Positions 59,414 through 64,000 of a DNA stretch of 64,000 nt are shown piece after piece. The notes under the pieces are model-generated. The model made no database searches. It was not told the origin of the DNA and worked only from the letters and a program-made list of their open reading frames with translations. The stretch comes from Phyllobates terribilis (lineage: Eukaryota): the NCBI RefSeq assembly GCF_046119375.1, contig NW_027362761.1, positions 303,118,001-303,182,000 on the forward strand, written 5' to 3'. The translations under genes and the position numbers were made by a program. Position 1 is the first letter of the stretch. Every line of letters begins with the position of its first letter.

Positions 59414-60611
59414 CAGGGTGAGCCATTTATATGGATACACCTGAATTAAATGGGAATGGTTGGTGATATCAACTTTTTGTTTGTGGCACATTAGTATATG
59501 GGAGGGGGAAAACTTTTCCAGATGAGTGGTGACCATGGCGGCCATTTTGAATCCAACTTTATTTTTTTCAATGGGAAGAGGGTCATGTGACACATCAAAC
59601 TTATTGAGAATTTCATAAGAAAAACAATGGTGTACTTGGTTTTAACATAACTTTATTCTTTCATGAGTTTTTTACAAGTTTATGACCACTTATAAAATGT
59701 GTTCAAAGTGCTGCCCATTGTGTTGGATTGTCAATGCAACCCTCTTCTCCCACTCTTGACACACTGATAGCAATACCGCAGAAGAAATGCTAGAACAGGC
59801 TTCCAGTATCCGGTGTTTCAGATGCTGCACATCTCGTATCTTCACAGCATAGACAATTGCCTTCAGATGACCCCAAAGATAAAAGTCTAAGGGGGTCAGA
59901 TCGGGAGACCTTGGTGGCCATTCAACTGGCCCACGATGACCAATCCACTGTCCAGGAAACTGTTCATGTAGGAATGCTTGGGCCTGACAGCCATAATGTG
60001 GTGGTGCACCATCTTGTTGGAAAAACTCAGGGAACGTGCTATCTTCAGTGCATAAAGAGGGCATCACATCATCATGTAGCAATTTCAGATATCCAGTGGC
60101 ATTGAGGTTTCCATTGATGAAGAATGGCCCCACTATCTTTGTACCCCATATACCACACCATACCAACTATATACGAGATGTGCAGCATCTGAAACAATGG
60201 ATACTGGAAGCCTGCGCTAGCATTTCTTTTGCAGTATTGTTATCAGTGTGTCAAGAGTGGGAGAAGAGGGTTGCATTGACAATCCAACACAATGGGCAGC
60301 ACTTTGAACACATTTTATAAGTGGTCATAAACTTGTAAAAAACTCATGAAAGAATAAAGTTACGCTAAAACCAAGCACACCATTGTTTTTCTTATGAAAT
60401 TCTCAATAAGTTTGATGTGTCACATGACCCTCTTCCCCTTGAAAAAAATAAAGTTGGATCCAAAATGGCCAACTTCAAAACGGCCACCATGGTCACCACC
60501 CATCTGGAAAAGTTTTCCCCCTCCCATATACTAATGTGCCATAAACAAAAAGTTGATATCACCAACCATTCCCATTTAATTTAGATGTATCCATATAAAT
60601 GGCCCACCCTG
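59414..60611 (-). mobile_element. DD41D (rosa/Visitor-type) deletion derivative, 1198 bp, with about 430-bp inverted ends
   Basis: TA-CAGGGTG...CACCCTG-TA; fragment 59690-60166 has QQDGAPPHY...SPDLTPLDFYLWG with 41 residues between the two D. Confidence 0.92.
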
Positions 60612-62933
60612 TATTCTTATCTGATCACTTGAAAACTATACAAATGATATGGGAAATGTAACCCTTACTGGTTAAATATTTTTCCTCAAGGAAATAATAT
60701 TCTTGAACTCTTATTTTTATCTTTTATCAACACCAATAAAGGGTTTGCTTCCCCCTTATTGTATGGGATGCAATGAAGGCCTTTCTTAGAGGTATTATAA
60801 TTAAGGAGGCAAATGCAGTTAAAGCTTTTTCTACAAATTTTCACAGACTCCCAGTGAGTGAAGTCCAAGTGCTAAGTTCCAATTTACTAAGGATCGTTCA
60901 GAAAGGTCCATCATCCTGAAAATTGCAGGATTCCCAGAATCAGATGAAACAACACTTATTCTCCACAGCCAATAGTAAAAGATTCTTCTAAAAACAAAGA
61001 CAGTATAAAGAGGAAGAGAGGGTGGCCGTCTTCTAGCTACTGTCACTAAGGCACAATAGGATTCTTCCTTTTTTGCAGAAATTAAGACCTCTAATGGTAT
61101 ACTTGTTCATCCATCATCTGAAATACTGAAGGGCTTTAGATATTTCTATGATTCTTTTCATATTTCACAAGCACATTGCACATCAGAATAACTAGATAAC
61201 TTTTTGGGGCCTCTTGCTCTGCCTTAACTGTCACATGAGGACTTTAAATTCCTTGATAGTCCTATTACACTGGTGGAGCTGGAGAACACACTGGGCTCAA
61301 TAGTGAACAGCAAATCACAAAGTGGAGATGGCTTACTTGGGGAGCTCTTTAAAATGTGTACCGAGACCCTTCTTTCTCAATTATTGGAAATCTATAACAA
61401 AGCCTTAAATATCGGCAACCTTCCGTCATCTATTCTATGAAAAACACTGTTATTGTAGTTATACCCAAACCTAGGAAATAATTCCAACTCCCTGAATCAT
61501 ACCATGCTATTTCACTTTTGATGGTAGATATCAAAATCCCACGTTGCTGGCCAATAGGCTTCATAAAGCAATCACCTCTATTATTCACCAAGTCTAGGCA
61601 GGTCTTATGCCAAATATGTCTATGGCCGTAAATGTATACCAGTTGTATTAAATTATGCAATTACCCAGTACAAATAGTCAATATACAGTCGGGTCTTTAG
61701 ACTTGGCTAAAACTTATGACATCATCAAATAGAATTTTCTCTAAGATACATTACTTCAGATAGAATTTGAAGATGCTTTTATGTCCAGTTTAAGCTTCTT
61801 TATTAGTACCAGGATCAAGGCGGATAGGCTAGTGTCTGATTGTTTTTCTAACTCCAAAGTGTTACCTGCTGTAAGTGCCCCTTATCCCACTTGTATTTGC
61901 TATAGAAATGGAACCACTGGGTGAAGCAATTAGGATCTCGCCAGTGGTCCAGATATTATCTTCTGGTAGTCACCATGAAAAAAACTGACTTACTTGTTAA
62001 TTATATGCTAATTCTTCTTAGTGATTGGCCTACTTCCCTAAATACAGCCATAGATATAATTAATAATTTTGGAAGCCTGGCAGATCTATCTATTAATTGG
62101 GATAAATCATTTCTAATGACAGTAAATTCCCCAATGAATTGTTGGCCGCAGGATGATTTAAAGTAGTCCCTTCATTTAAATATTTGGGTATAGAGATTAG
62201 TGAAAATATAATGGAGTTAGAATCTTTAAATGTTACCCCACTTTTAGCCTGTTTCCACTGAAAAACTGTAGCTTGGAATAAACTCCCTTTGTCAGTGATT
62301 GGGAGAGCTAATCTTTTCAAAATGATATCTATGCCACAATTACAGTAGTCTATATGTTGCACAATTCCCCATTATGGCTCTCCTTGCACCATTGCATTTG
62401 TAGAGATTTTATTTGGAGAAAATGTATCCCAAGAAATCAATTAGTAACTTTGCAGCTGCCAAAAGAGGATGGAGGTTTAGCAATATGTAACCCCTTATAA
62501 TACTTTCTTCTCAATTGTAACATCTCAGAGAGTGGGGTAATCAAGAGCTACCCAGCTCCTCTGCCAGGATGTTTGGCACACTCCAAATCAGATAGCTTAA
62601 TAGAAACATTGGAGGGAGGTAGATTTACAAACTGTACTTCTGTATGCCTGTCGTATAAATGTGTTCACAAGCTTTGGTTTTAAAATCAAAAAAGTTGGAA
62701 TCACAGGATACACAGATTTTTCCCCTATCTGGCATAAATCTTTTTAGCCAGAGTTTTATAAACTAATGGAATTTGATTCATGAAAATATAGAGGATTGGA
62801 TTGACCAGAATCTCTCAACTTTTTAAAGATGGGCAATTTAAATAATTTCTTAAATTCTGATAAGAATTTGGGCTTCTGCATCGTATCTCTGCATCTAAGA
62901 CATTAAAGTTTACAAAAGAAAAATACTCTTTAA

Positions 62934-63285
62934 ACACGTATGTGAAAAAGCGATTCTGGTGCCATCAGTGTTTTACATCAGTGTGTCATCAGTGTGTCCG
63001 GTTTTACCATCAGTGTGTCATCAGTGTGTCCGGTTTTACCATCAGTGTGTCAACAGTGTTTTCCAGTATGGTTAAAGAAAGAACTAAATTACAAAGCTTC
63101 TCCTATACTTTGCAATGATAAACACATACAACACACGTACAGCACACAGATGGCACATGGGTGCCATCTGTGTGCTGTACATGTTTTTCACGGACCCATA
63201 GACTTGTATTGGCCCTTGTCGTCCGTGCTGCCGGAAAAAAAACGGATGCAACACATTCCGGCAATACAGACATGTGAAGGAGGCC
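62934..63285. mobile_element. Partial Harbinger-type MITE with short CATCAGTGTGT repeats
   Basis: Right end GTGAAGGAGGCC-TTA; the left end is not intact. Confidence 0.4.
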
Positions 63286-63616
63286 TTACAGTGATCAGAG
63301 CGGTGAAGGGGTTGTTACAGTCACCACTCACTTTACAGTGAACGTACTATTATCACTCCCCCTATACCTCGATTGACTACCAGCTCTGCTCATAAGCTAA
63401 AAAAAATTATGTCAGGCAAGGTGCAGAGTAGTGAGCGCTTACTTTACCAATTCCCTTCATCACCCTGATGACTGGAAGTGAGCGGCTGCAGGGAGAATAT
63501 AACTTAATTTCTCTCTGTAGCTGTGCTTCATAGTGTGATTTTAATCCTATTTTCATGCATATTACCAATATATCTGCAGGTAAAAAGCACTTTTGCAGGT
63601 GATAAGTTTCCTTTAA

Positions 63617-64000
63617 CCGGTTCAGGACCGCCCACTGTACATAAACGTCGGCACTGCCTGGGCTCTGTGCAGTGCCGACGTTTAAAAACGGTGGGTGGTC
63701 CTGCAAGCGCTGTGGTTCTGGTGCAGAGCAATAGCTCTGACAGGGGACATCATCGGGACCTGATTGGATCAGGTCCCAATGATGTTAACCATTTGCTATC
63801 ATCTATATGCCGCGATCTATAGTGATCGCGGCATATAGAAGATAGTGAGAGGAGAGGGGGTCGTCAACTTACCTCTCCGACGGCCCCCTGATATCTTCCA
63901 GGACCTGCCGTTGTTATGGCAGCTGGAGGTCACATGACCGTCTGCAGATCTGCCATATATGGTGTCCTGCTAGGCTCAGCCTGCAGCTGAAGCCTGGCAG
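63617..64000. mobile_element. Left terminus of a piggyBac-type element, same family as the 16086 end; runs off the window
   Basis: TTAA at 63613-63616 then CCGGTTC; reverse complement of about 15720-16086, with the same series of hairpins. Confidence 0.85.

Larger units (their letters stand above)
53954..62900 (+). pseudogene. Second L1-clade LINE, near full length and heavily decayed (ORF1 about 53954-58200, ORF2 from about 58707), split by hAT and DD41D insertions
   Basis: ORF1: coiled coil, RNNRLVG, VERAH, FPDYSAKVQKRR, YSMLYPARL. ORF2: MANIVTLIPWNI, LQETH, then RT remnants at 61300-62300. Boundaries approximate. Confidence 0.82.

Overview
Eukaryotic, transposon-saturated DNA with no recognisable host gene. 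The element mix (Frog Prince-like Tc1, TTAA-targeting MITEs, sushi-type Gypsy, L1, CR1) suggests an anuran amphibian, which is an inference. The left 17.7 kb is a four-level nest. A dead L1 is split by a non-autonomous piggyBac-type element (TTAA), which is split by a Tf1/sushi chromovirus (TSD TAACT, 3339-14659). The 5' LTR of that chromovirus is split by a young 4.9-kb LTR element (TSD GAAG, 8675-13607). This innermost element is the most unusual feature: near-identical 1.25-kb LTRs, a 19-nt tRNA-Ser primer-binding site and a PPT, but no protease, RT or integrase and no recognisable gag. Its only long ORF is an open 586-aa protein ending in a coiled coil plus a cold-shock domain. The rest of the window holds two inverted ~5.9-kb defective piggyBacs, six Tc1/mariner copies (DD34E, Frog Prince-like, DD35E, DD38E x2, DD41D), one of them apparently intact, a CR1 3' fragment, a second dead L1 split by a hAT derivative, and several MITEs. 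Other signals: a self-priming signature in the chromovirus, co-varying hairpins at piggyBac left ends, a stop codon shared by both piggyBacs, and outward-facing splice donors in unrelated non-autonomous elements. All coordinates and comparisons were read by eye; no database searches were run.
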